DNA of 64,000 nucleotides. It comes from Gemmatimonadota bacterium (GTDB lineage: Bacteria > Gemmatimonadota > Gemmatimonadetes > Gemmatimonadales > GWC2-71-9). The stretch spans positions 120,302 through 184,301 of the forward strand of contig JBDHEI010000004.1 of NCBI GenBank assembly GCA_039591075.1, in the 5' to 3' direction. The position numbers were made by a program, and so were the translations under genes. Shown piece by piece: positions 45,735-53,333 of this stretch (the stretch's first letter is position 1; each line of letters starts with the position of its first letter). The notes beneath the pieces were generated by a model that had not been told where the DNA came from, did no database searches, and saw only the letters and a program-made list of their open reading frames with translations.

Positions 45735-46430
45735 TCATTCCGTGGTCTCGGCGACCATGTCCGTGTCCCGGCCACGCATGAACCGCCATGCCGTTGTCAC
45801 GGCCAGACCGAACCACAGCAGGTCCCACGGTGAGAGTTGCGAGCGAAGCCGCTCGAACAATCCGACATTCGCTAGTACCGCGTCCGCGTACTGTGCAGCG
45901 ACCCGCCGTTGCTCGTCGGGTCCCGAGCGTGTGGCGTGGTCGGTACCGGCGGCCATCATGTCGCCCCACAACGCATCCGGAATCGTGTCGTTGAATCCCA
46001 GCGCGCCGAGGCGCTCCTCTAGGTGGGCCGGCATGGCGTCGTTGAGCTGCAGGTCGTGCAGGCCAGCCTGCGCCAGCAACTGGGGGTCGGTCTCGACCTC
46101 CAGCACAGCCTGCCGTTGGGCGCCAACCGTTACGATGAGCACTTTGCCCACGACCAGTCCGAGGCCGGCGAGCAACGCAGCCAGTGTTCCGAGGGCCTGA
46201 CCGCGGCTGGGCGTCACGCGAGACATCGCAAAGCCGACCAGTCCGCCGATTGCCCACGCGACGAAGCCCACTTCGTACTTGGTCGCGAACACGATTGCCG
46301 CCCACGCCACGCCGCCGACCAGCGCGGCAACGAGACCGCCGATCAGCGCGCGATTCACGGCTTGGTCAGCCGGGGGTGGTGGCGGAACCCTGGGTTGGAG
46401 GTCGGCCGGCGGGTCCTGAACGTCGCTCAT
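45735..46430 (-). CDS. Hypothetical membrane protein
   Basis: 231 aa. Pro-rich N-terminus, three N-terminal TM segments, a soluble helical domain, then a final TM. Confidence 0.6.
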   Translation of the reverse strand: MSDVQDPPADLQPRVPPPPPADQAVNRALIGGLVAALVGGVAWAAIVFATKYEVGFVAWAIGGLVGFAMSRVTPSRGQALGTLAALLAGLGLVVGKVLIVTVGAQRQAVLEVETDPQLLAQAGLHDLQLNDAMPAHLEERLGALGFNDTIPDALWGDMMAAGTDHATRSGPDEQRRVAAQYADAVLANVGLFERLRSQLSPWDLLWFGLAVTTAWRFMRGRDTDMVAETTE

Positions 46431-46556
46431 GGGATTTCCTTTTGGCAGGCGGGTGGAGACGAGAGGCGAGGGCGGTGCCTCGCGGCGACGGGTCGCGCTA
46501 AGATGGGGGATGACGCCCGATCATGCCAGCCGAATGGGAAGGTCTCGCCCGTTCCG

Positions 46557-46877
46557 TCAGGTGTAGTAGTCGACCTTGCAGCCGCAGCCGTCCCACATCC
46601 GTTCGTATTGCTCCATTCGCTGCCGAACGAACTGCCGGCCCTCGATGTCCCCCGTCAGCAGCCGTATGACTCGCTGGGTCGAGTTGGGCTGCTCCACTGC
46701 TGCGAGGCCCGCAGGCGTGCGGATGATTATGAGGTCGCCCGCGATGCCGGTGGCGTGGCGTTCGATCTCGTTGAACTGATCGGCGAGGGCACGCCAGACC
46801 TCTGCTCCGACCGCCAGGATGCGCTCCGCGCGCAGCTGCTCCGTCAACGCAGTGGCACTCATCAGGTGGGTAGTCAT
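46557..46877 (-). CDS. Hypothetical small protein (106 aa) with a C-terminal WDGCGCKVDYYT tail
   Basis: ATG 46877. Protein-like composition. The 5' extension to 47006 overlaps the next gene. Confidence 0.55.
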   Translation of the reverse strand: MTTHLMSATALTEQLRAERILAVGAEVWRALADQFNEIERHATGIAGDLIIIRTPAGLAAVEQPNSTQRVIRLLTGDIEGRQFVRQRMEQYERMWDGCGCKVDYYT

Positions 46878-46966
46878 GTGGATGCTGGTTCCGGTCGGTC
46901 GCACACCAGTGAAAGCGAGCCGTGGTCCCGCACCGGACCGATGCCGCGTATGGAGTCGTGGCCCTG

Positions 46967-47359
46967 CTAGGCAATACCCGGCCGGCGGTACTCCTCGGCG
47001 AGCCAACGGACGGCGTGATCCAGCTCCTGGAACTCCCGGAGGTCGAGGCCCCAGTTACGGGCGACCGTTTCGTGGAACTTGGTGGGATCGAAGTTGTCGG
47101 GTGCCTCGACGATTGCGGCCCTGCTCACCGTGCCCGGGAATGCGCGCATGTAGTGAAAGGATACCAATTCGTAGAGGTCGAAGGTACTGAGTGGTTGGCC
47201 CCACGACGTCGCATCGATCAAGACGCGCGAGATCCCCTGCTTCCGGCACGCGGCGGCGACGGCTTCGACTACGAGCCGGCCGGTCTCGAGCGTGCGCTCG
47301 CCGGATACCCGCACATGAAGGTGATCCGGCTGTTGCTGAATGTCGATTTGACAATCCAT
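46967..47359 (-). CDS. Hypothetical protein, STAS/SpoIIAA-like fold suspected
   Basis: 130 aa. The N-terminal beta-alpha pattern (HLHVRVSGERTLETGRLVVEAVAAACRKQGISRVLIDAT) resembles STAS/DUF-type anti-sigma-antagonist-like domains. The assignment is tentative. Confidence 0.55.
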   Translation of the reverse strand: MDCQIDIQQQPDHLHVRVSGERTLETGRLVVEAVAAACRKQGISRVLIDATSWGQPLSTFDLYELVSFHYMRAFPGTVSRAAIVEAPDNFDPTKFHETVARNWGLDLREFQELDHAVRWLAEEYRRPGIA

Positions 47360-47394
47360 TTACGCCACCTCGGTTCGCTCTTCGATCGTGGCCC

Positions 47395-48198
47395 TCATGC
47401 CTCCCGCACGGCGTCCCGGTCCGGCTGGACCTCGAAGAATCGCTCTCGCACCCGGAGCAGGGCATCGTCAGACGACAGAGACATGCGCAACTCGGCTGGC
47501 GTCACGCCGAAGACCTCCTTCACGTTCTGCGTGAAGGACCGTGCTCGCGCGTAGCCCAACCTGGCCGCGACGTCTTCCACCGTGTATCCGGGATCCTGCA
47601 GCAGGCGGTGGGCGTACACCACGCGTAACACCGTCAGCATGACACTAGGCGGCGGGAGCGACACTCGGGCAAACCAGCGAGCACAGGTTCGCCTGTCCAT
47701 GCGGGCGCGGTCGGCAAGCTCCTGCACGGTGTGAAACTGCGCCGGGGCCCTGACGATCGTCTCGATGGCCCATCTGAGCTCGGCCGGGAGCCCGTCGAGC
47801 AGGTCACTCACCTCGTCGAGTAACCTGCGTGACAGGGAACGAGCACCCTCCTCGGTCAAGACGTCCCGAATCTGGGTGGGATGATCGTCGTGGCCGGCCA
47901 GCACCACGGTGCGCACGCCAGACCGCCCCAACTGGAGCAGCACCGGCGGGAGTTCCGGTGTGAGCCGCGCGTACAACACGAGGGGGAGCGAGGGAAAGAG
48001 CACGTGCAGCCGCTCGATCTCCTGAGCGCGCGGCGGACCCTCGAGCCCCGGATCGACCACGGCGATCTCGATCGGCTGTCGCCGAATGACCGCAACGGCC
48101 GTCGACCAGGTTTCGGCCGGGACAACGGCAAAGCGGTGGCTGGCCGATTTCTGCAATCGACCCGTCAATTCGGGGTTAACGGCCGCTAAAATGTGCAT
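47395..48198 (-). CDS. AraC/XylS family transcriptional regulator with an N-terminal pseudo-receiver domain
   Basis: C-terminal double HTH (..VQELADRARMDRRTCARWF.. and ..VEDVAARLGYARARSFTQNVKEVFGVTPAELR). The N-terminal ~120 aa is CheY-like but lacks the acidic pair. Confidence 0.85.
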   Translation of the reverse strand: MHILAAVNPELTGRLQKSASHRFAVVPAETWSTAVAVIRRQPIEIAVVDPGLEGPPRAQEIERLHVLFPSLPLVLYARLTPELPPVLLQLGRSGVRTVVLAGHDDHPTQIRDVLTEEGARSLSRRLLDEVSDLLDGLPAELRWAIETIVRAPAQFHTVQELADRARMDRRTCARWFARVSLPPPSVMLTVLRVVYAHRLLQDPGYTVEDVAARLGYARARSFTQNVKEVFGVTPAELRMSLSSDDALLRVRERFFEVQPDRDAVREA

Positions 48199-48250
48199 GA
48201 ATGTCCCAATTCAAGCACCTGCTGCCCCAAATGAGGCCTACTCAGCGTCC

Positions 48251-48287
48251 GGAAATGGGTGGACTTTGAACTCCTAGATCCATTTCC
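48251..48287. promoter_or_regulatory. Inverted repeat in the AraC / small-peptide divergent intergenic region
   Basis: GGAAATGG (48251-48258) and CCATTTCC (48280-48287) separated by 21 nt. Ends about 26 nt upstream of ATG 48313. Confidence 0.35.
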
Positions 48288-48312
48288 CGTATCCCCCGTC
48301 AAGGAGGCCTTC

Positions 48313-48468
48313 ATGTCCCGAACCCTGCGCCGTCTTGCCCTCACGGCCGTCGCAGCCGTTGCGTTGACCGCCGTGGCCTGTGCGAACCCGGTCGGCCCGC
48401 AACTCGATCTGGACCAGGTCGACAGTCCGCAATTGGAGGAGACCGGGACGCAGGGATCCGGCACCTAG
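48313..48468 (+). CDS. Small exported peptide or lipoprotein precursor (51 aa)
   Basis: ATG 48313 preceded by AAGGAGG. Sequence MSRTLRRLALTAVAAVALTAVA|CANPVGPQLDLDQVDSPQLEETGTQGSGT. 39 of 50 codons end in G/C (hand count). The ORF track lists it from an upstream start at 48259. Confidence 0.65.
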   Translation: MSRTLRRLALTAVAAVALTAVACANPVGPQLDLDQVDSPQLEETGTQGSGT

Positions 48469-49748
48469 GTCACCGCGATCTCCGGGAGATCCGTCGCGAG
48501 ATGCTCGATGCTGGTGCCATCGAGATCCGCGACGGTCGCCTGGAGATCCTCGGCCGCCTCTGGGATCCGTGACGGGGCCGCGAACTCGCGGCCGCGGGCA
48601 CGGAGGTCCAATTGCTCGAGTGACCGCTCAGCTCGGAACAACCATTCCGGGAGGTGGTGCTCCTCTGCGAACACGGCGACGCCCTGTAGGCGCCTTCGGG
48701 CCGCTCGGACATGCCCGAACCGCGCCAACCCCAGCGCGAGTTTGAGCTGAAAGTCTGCCTGTTCATCGAGTGGCAGGCGAGCGTATTCCGATTCCAGCTC
48801 TCGCCGTCGTCGCTCGAACGAGACGCGGTCGCCGGCCAGCGCACTGAGATCCAGGAGTTCGACGGCGGCTCGCAGCCGGACCTCCGGAGGCGGTCGCCGC
48901 TCCAACACGGCGAGCAGCGCCTTGCGAGCGGCGTCCAAGTGCCCCAGTGCCTTCAGGATCTGCCCTGTGTCGCTGAGGGCACGGGTCCGCTGAATCGGCC
49001 GCGTGTAGAGCCGGAACGCCCGGAAGGCGAGCGGTGCAGCCTCCGCGGCTCTTCCCATGTGGAACAAGCAGCCTGCCAGATCGTGGCATGCTCGAGCTTC
49101 GGCGTCCCGATCGGTCACCGCGGCGGCCTCCGCGAGCACATCTCGCAGCATGAGCTCCGAGGCTGGCAAGTTGCCGGTTTTTTGCAGGGTGTAGGCGTGA
49201 CCGATCCTGCTCAGCCGCTCCGTGTGGTCGTCGCCGATGGTGCGGGCCATCGTTCCGGCCAGGGTGTACGAGCGCAGGGATCGTTCGAACTCGCCGCGCT
49301 GTCGGAGCACGCGTGCGAATTCCAGGTGGGCCGATGCCGCAGCCCGGCTCGGGGCATCACCGAGCACGTGAAGACCGGTGGTCAGGACGTCTTCGGCCTC
49401 TGCGAAGCGGAGCTCCCCCTCGAGCCACTCGGCGTACCGTTGGAGAGCAGGCCACAACGAGTCTGCCGGATCGGACGCGAGAGCCGCCCCCGCCCCTCCG
49501 AGAACCGCGACCAGCATCGCGCGCTCGTCGCCAGGTGGGAGCGTGTCGACGAATTCCCGGGTGCCTCGGAGTTGGTACCGGAGCGCCCCCGCGTCGGACG
49601 GGAGCGGTGCCTCGGCGCCGAACCGGTCGGCGAGTCGCATGACGAGAAACGCACCCAGCGGGACCCGGTCGGGAGCACCCGGCTGGTTGGCACGTTCGAG
49701 AAACGCTGCGTGCCGCTGGGTTGGCGATGCCGATTCAGTCTCGGGCAT
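48465..49748 (-). CDS. Tetratricopeptide-repeat (TPR) protein, 427 aa, function unknown
   Basis: Start trimmed to ATG 49748 (MPETESASP...). Repeated 34-residue-like helical units (..ARVLRQRGEFERSLRSY.., ..AGCLFHMGRAAEAAPLAFRAF.., ..GQILKALGHLDAARKALLAVL..). The extension to 50201 overlaps the next gene. Confidence 0.8.
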   Translation of the reverse strand: MPETESASPTQRHAAFLERANQPGAPDRVPLGAFLVMRLADRFGAEAPLPSDAGALRYQLRGTREFVDTLPPGDERAMLVAVLGGAGAALASDPADSLWPALQRYAEWLEGELRFAEAEDVLTTGLHVLGDAPSRAAASAHLEFARVLRQRGEFERSLRSYTLAGTMARTIGDDHTERLSRIGHAYTLQKTGNLPASELMLRDVLAEAAAVTDRDAEARACHDLAGCLFHMGRAAEAAPLAFRAFRLYTRPIQRTRALSDTGQILKALGHLDAARKALLAVLERRPPPEVRLRAAVELLDLSALAGDRVSFERRRRELESEYARLPLDEQADFQLKLALGLARFGHVRAARRRLQGVAVFAEEHHLPEWLFRAERSLEQLDLRARGREFAAPSRIPEAAEDLQATVADLDGTSIEHLATDLPEIAVT

Positions 49749-49893
49749 ACTGTGCCGGCTCCTGCGAAGAACAGGGCGCGTCCGGAACGCGCTAATTCGA
49801 AAGTATGCGCTCCCCGGAATAGGGCTGCAAGTCTCGGGCCGAATCCAGCGTTTAGCCCCTGGCCAATTGGAGGTCTGTGCCGGCGAATCGGGG

Positions 49894-50253
49894 CTAGCTG
49901 GCCCCGGGTTTCCCACCCTTTCGGATGTGATCGAGTTCCTCGAGTGTCTCGCCGACCGTCGACTGCAGGCGGTCGAAACCCGTAGTCTCGGGTGAGATCG
50001 ACCCGTCCAGCACCCCGAACAGGACGTTCTGGCACACCTGCGCGGCTCGGCGGAGCCGGAATCGGCGCACAAAAGCCTGGTAGTCAGCAGGGCTCTCCGC
50101 GGTGAGAATGGCCATGAGCGTGGTGCGCACTCCGTCGAGGCTCGCCTTGAAGTCCTCGAGCATCGCCACGGCCGGCTGGGGCTGGGCCAGGGCCGATTCA
50201 ATCGCGTCCAGGGCCTGACGGAGTTCGGCGCGAACCTCGTTCAGCTCTTTCAT
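49894..50253 (-). CDS. Hypothetical helical protein, paralogue 1 of a tandem pair (119 aa)
   Basis: ATG 50253 overlaps the upstream stop (ATGA). Shares the DY-x6-R-x-R-[LV]-RRA-x3-C-x3-L...GS-x-S motif with the upstream gene. Confidence 0.7.
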   Translation of the reverse strand: MKELNEVRAELRQALDAIESALAQPQPAVAMLEDFKASLDGVRTTLMAILTAESPADYQAFVRRFRLRRAAQVCQNVLFGVLDGSISPETTGFDRLQSTVGETLEELDHIRKGGKPGAS

Positions 50254-50594
50254 CGCTGCCGACCCTCACACACCTCCGAGAGCTCGAGCAGGGTCGCGTG
50301 CATGACTTCGAGACCGGGTGTGCTCGTCGAGAGCGACCCCGAGTACAGATCCGACAGGATGTCCTCGCAAGTCTCAACAGCGCGGCGGACCCGTGTCCGA
50401 CCGAGGAGTCCCTCGTAGTCGTCCTGGTTCTCCGCCTTGAGCATGATCCAGATGCTTGTTCGGAGGTTGTCCACGGCCATCCCGAGATCCCGCACGCCCT
50501 CGGGCGAGTGCGCTCCCATGGAGACTTGGATGTCCACGATACCGAGCGCGCTCTTGAGCTCGTCGATACCGTTCTGAATTTCCTGCTTCTGCAT
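50250..50594 (-). CDS. Hypothetical helical protein, paralogue 2 of a tandem pair (114 aa)
   Basis: Start trimmed to ATG 50594 (MQKQEIQNGIDELKSAL...). 24 of 75 gaplessly hand-aligned positions are identical to the downstream paralogue. Confidence 0.7.
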   Translation of the reverse strand: MQKQEIQNGIDELKSALGIVDIQVSMGAHSPEGVRDLGMAVDNLRTSIWIMLKAENQDDYEGLLGRTRVRRAVETCEDILSDLYSGSLSTSTPGLEVMHATLLELSEVCEGRQR

Positions 50595-50712
50595 CGGTCT
50601 GGCCCGGAAAGGGGGTTCTGGAAATCGCGGCCGCCCGCTCTTCGCGCCTAAAGCTGCGAGACCGGTGCTGTTGCCGCAATGCTCTCGCCCATATGCACTT
50701 CCAGCGCGGGCC

Positions 50713-51765
50713 TCACGCCAACCACTGGTCGCGATGCTCCGCGACAAACACATCGTCCGTCAGATCGGGGTATGCCGAGAGCACCCGAGCGATGTCTGCC
50801 GACTGACCCGGTGACAGAACCTCACGCGGATTCAGCGTCCAGGTTCCTGCCAGCAGTCCCTGTCGCCGCAAGATCTCGTGAATCCCCGGGATGCACGCGG
50901 CGTACCCGTGCATGGCGTCGAAGATCGCACCATTGGCGTCCGTGAGCTGAGCTGCCACGGTGAGCAACCGGGGAGGTATCGGCATCCCCCCGGTGACGAG
51001 CCGTCGGCACTCGTCGTGCAGCGAGGTGGCGCGGTTCGTCCACACGGCCCATTGTCCGAGCAGTCCGCCAACCATGTGGAGCTCTGGCCCGTCTCCGAAC
51101 CGGAACGCGGTGAGGAGATCGAGCACAATGTGGTCGTCGTTCCCCGTGTACAAGGCGATCTCGTCTCCTCGCCCCGCATCGACAACGGCCCGAACGACCT
51201 CGAGCGTTCGATAGCGGTCGAACGGCGCGATCTTGACCGCCACGAGCCGATCCAGCTCCGCGACGCGTCGCCAGAAGCGATACGGGAGATCGCGCCCACC
51301 AACGGCCGGCTGCAAGTAGAACCCCATGACCGGAATGATCTCCGCCACGGCTCGAAGGTGCTCGACTCCGCGGTCGTCGGTCCCACCAGCGGTATGCCGA
51401 AGGTCCACGAGCCCGACGTGAAAGCCAAGGTCTGCCGCCAGCGTTGCCTCGGACGTTGCCTGCTGCGTGTCACCGACGATCCCGGCCACGCGAACGACAG
51501 GTCCTGCGCCGAGACGCTCACACTCCTCGATCGTCTCGGCGGCGAGCGTCAATACGGGCTCGTACAGGCCCACCATGGGGTCGTGGATGGCGAACTGGGT
51601 CGTGTGAACCCCAATGGCGAGTCCGCCTGCGCCCGCGGCGAGATAATAACGCGTGAGCGCCCGCTGCCGACGTTCGTCCAACCGCCGCTCGGCCGACACG
51701 GCCAGCGGATGTGCGGGAATGACCAGGCCACTGAGCAGGCGGGCACGAACGTCCGCTACGTTCAG
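50713..51765 (-). CDS. Dihydrodipicolinate synthase/N-acetylneuraminate lyase-fold family protein (class I aldolase-like), start uncertain
   Basis: GLVIPAHPLAV...RYYLAAGAGGLAIGVHTTQF... The conserved N-terminus begins right at the epimerase stop. Only CTG 51765 or ATT 51768 are available there. Canonical GTGs are at 51699 (truncating) and 51894 (long overlap). Confidence 0.7.
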   Translation of the reverse strand: MNVADVRARLLSGLVIPAHPLAVSAERRLDERRQRALTRYYLAAGAGGLAIGVHTTQFAIHDPMVGLYEPVLTLAAETIEECERLGAGPVVRVAGIVGDTQQATSEATLAADLGFHVGLVDLRHTAGGTDDRGVEHLRAVAEIIPVMGFYLQPAVGGRDLPYRFWRRVAELDRLVAVKIAPFDRYRTLEVVRAVVDAGRGDEIALYTGNDDHIVLDLLTAFRFGDGPELHMVGGLLGQWAVWTNRATSLHDECRRLVTGGMPIPPRLLTVAAQLTDANGAIFDAMHGYAACIPGIHEILRRQGLLAGTWTLNPREVLSPGQSADIARVLSAYPDLTDDVFVAEHRDQWLA

Positions 51766-52853
51766 AATCGACCTCCCCGCTCTTCGAAGTGAGTCGGCCT
51801 CTCGAAGGATCGACCGCCGAGCTGCACCCAGTCCGCCACCCAGTCGAGAAGCGTGTCGACATCGAGCGTCGGTGATCCAAAGACTTCCACGCACCGCGAC
51901 GCGTCGCTCAGGAGGGCCGACGCTGCTTCCCGGCCCGTGAACACCGGTTCGACCCCGAGACGTCTTGCTAGATGCTGCGCGAGATCGCGCACGGATAGGA
52001 TGGTCGGACCGGTCACGTTGAACACGGTAGGCGGCGCCGCACAATGCTGCAGCGATCGCAGCGCAATGGCAGTGGCATCCCGCTGCCAGATCACGTTGAC
52101 ATGACCCATGGTGAGATCGATCGGCGCACCGCGCCATACCCGGTCCGCAAGGTCGCGCAGAACGCCGTAGCGCAGCTCGACCGCGTAATTGAGTCGGAGG
52201 ATCGCCGATGGGGTCTTCAGCCGTTCCGAGACCCAGCTCACGACGTACTCTCGCGCCACGGCCGACTGAGCGTAATTGCCGATTGGTCCGAGGGGATCGG
52301 TCTCCACCGAGCCCGAGCCGTCGACGGACGTGAAGGGATAGACGTTGCCGGTGGAGAAGGCGACCAGATTGGACGTGGAGTAACGGCGTGCCACCAGTCC
52401 AGGCAAGAAGGCGTTGAGCGCCCACGTCTCCGCTGGATGTTCGGTCGTTCCAAATTTCTGACCGGCCATGAACACGACGTGAGGTGCGTCAGGGAGATCG
52501 TCGAGCACGCCCGCATCGAGGAGGTCGCACTTCACGGTCTCGATGCCATCGGCCGCCAGCTGCGCCGCCAGTCCCGGGGTACGGAAACGGGATACCGCGA
52601 CGATCCGTCGTCGCGAGCCGGCCTCGCGGGAGGCCCGATGCGCCAACCGCACCAGGCTCGGTCCCATCTTTCCGCCCGCCCCGAGCACGAGAAGGTCGCC
52701 CTCCAGCTCACCCATCGCTCGGACGTCACGAGCGGTGGGCCGGGACAGCCGCTCATCGAGCTCGGCCTCGGTACGTGGTCCAGCCAACGTCAGCGCCGAC
52801 TCGCCTTCCCCAACCAGGCGCCGGTCATGAGCATCATCCGCCGCCGCCACCAC
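51762..52853 (-). CDS. NAD-dependent epimerase/dehydratase family protein
   Basis: Rossmann motif LLVLGAGGKMG. SDR-type YxxxK context (GNYAQSAVARE is an atypical variant). 363 aa from GTG 52853. Confidence 0.8.
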   Translation of the reverse strand: MVAAADDAHDRRLVGEGESALTLAGPRTEAELDERLSRPTARDVRAMGELEGDLLVLGAGGKMGPSLVRLAHRASREAGSRRRIVAVSRFRTPGLAAQLAADGIETVKCDLLDAGVLDDLPDAPHVVFMAGQKFGTTEHPAETWALNAFLPGLVARRYSTSNLVAFSTGNVYPFTSVDGSGSVETDPLGPIGNYAQSAVAREYVVSWVSERLKTPSAILRLNYAVELRYGVLRDLADRVWRGAPIDLTMGHVNVIWQRDATAIALRSLQHCAAPPTVFNVTGPTILSVRDLAQHLARRLGVEPVFTGREAASALLSDASRCVEVFGSPTLDVDTLLDWVADWVQLGGRSFERPTHFEERGGRF

Positions 52854-53223
52854 CGAGGGTGGGGAAGCCCACCGCCGCCGTCAGGCGCAGCGCCTCCTCC
52901 GATGTGAAGCCCCGCCGCATGAGCGCCTCGTAGTAGTTGCGCGTGAACGTCGCGAGATGTTCGGCGCTCTCCGGCTGGCTCAACACCTCGAGGATGCCCG
53001 TCATCATGCTCTGCATCATTTGCGCAAAAAACGGGTTCATGTACTGCATCTGTTCCATGACGAGTGCGAGAGAATCGGCGAACTCGCCGCCCAGTCGTCC
53101 AACGGAATCGCGTGGTGCCGGCTCCTGCGTGTGGGCTGTATCCGGGAACGCAACGACAGCCAGCACGATCAGCGTCGCACACAGAACTCCACGTCGGAGG
53201 ATGCTCGGGAAGATGACGGGCAT
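52834..53223 (-). CDS. Hypothetical secreted Met/Gln-rich protein ending in a hexaglycine tail
   Basis: Signal peptide MPVIFPSILRRGVLCATLIVLAVVAFPDTAHTQ. Contains MEQMQYMNPFFAQMMQSMMTG. C-terminus is ..FPTLGGGGGG. Overlaps the epimerase start by 20 nt. Confidence 0.6.
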   Translation of the reverse strand: MPVIFPSILRRGVLCATLIVLAVVAFPDTAHTQEPAPRDSVGRLGGEFADSLALVMEQMQYMNPFFAQMMQSMMTGILEVLSQPESAEHLATFTRNYYEALMRRGFTSEEALRLTAAVGFPTLGGGGGG

Positions 53224-53333
53224 GAATGACTCTCCGTATTGCGAGACATAGCGGCGGGGAACAGCACGCTGACGATGGTCACCATGGCGCGTGTGAGACC
53301 GACTTGGGACAATGATGGCCCAATCCTCGCGCG

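Noticed and set aside
46557-46877. C-terminal GCGC-containing tail (WDGCGCKVDYYT) as a possible RiPP precursor core.
   Set aside because: No recognisable leader type (for example a nitrile-hydratase-like leader). No cyclodehydratase, radical-SAM, lanthionine-synthetase or peptidase/transporter genes are nearby. At 106 aa, the protein looks folded.
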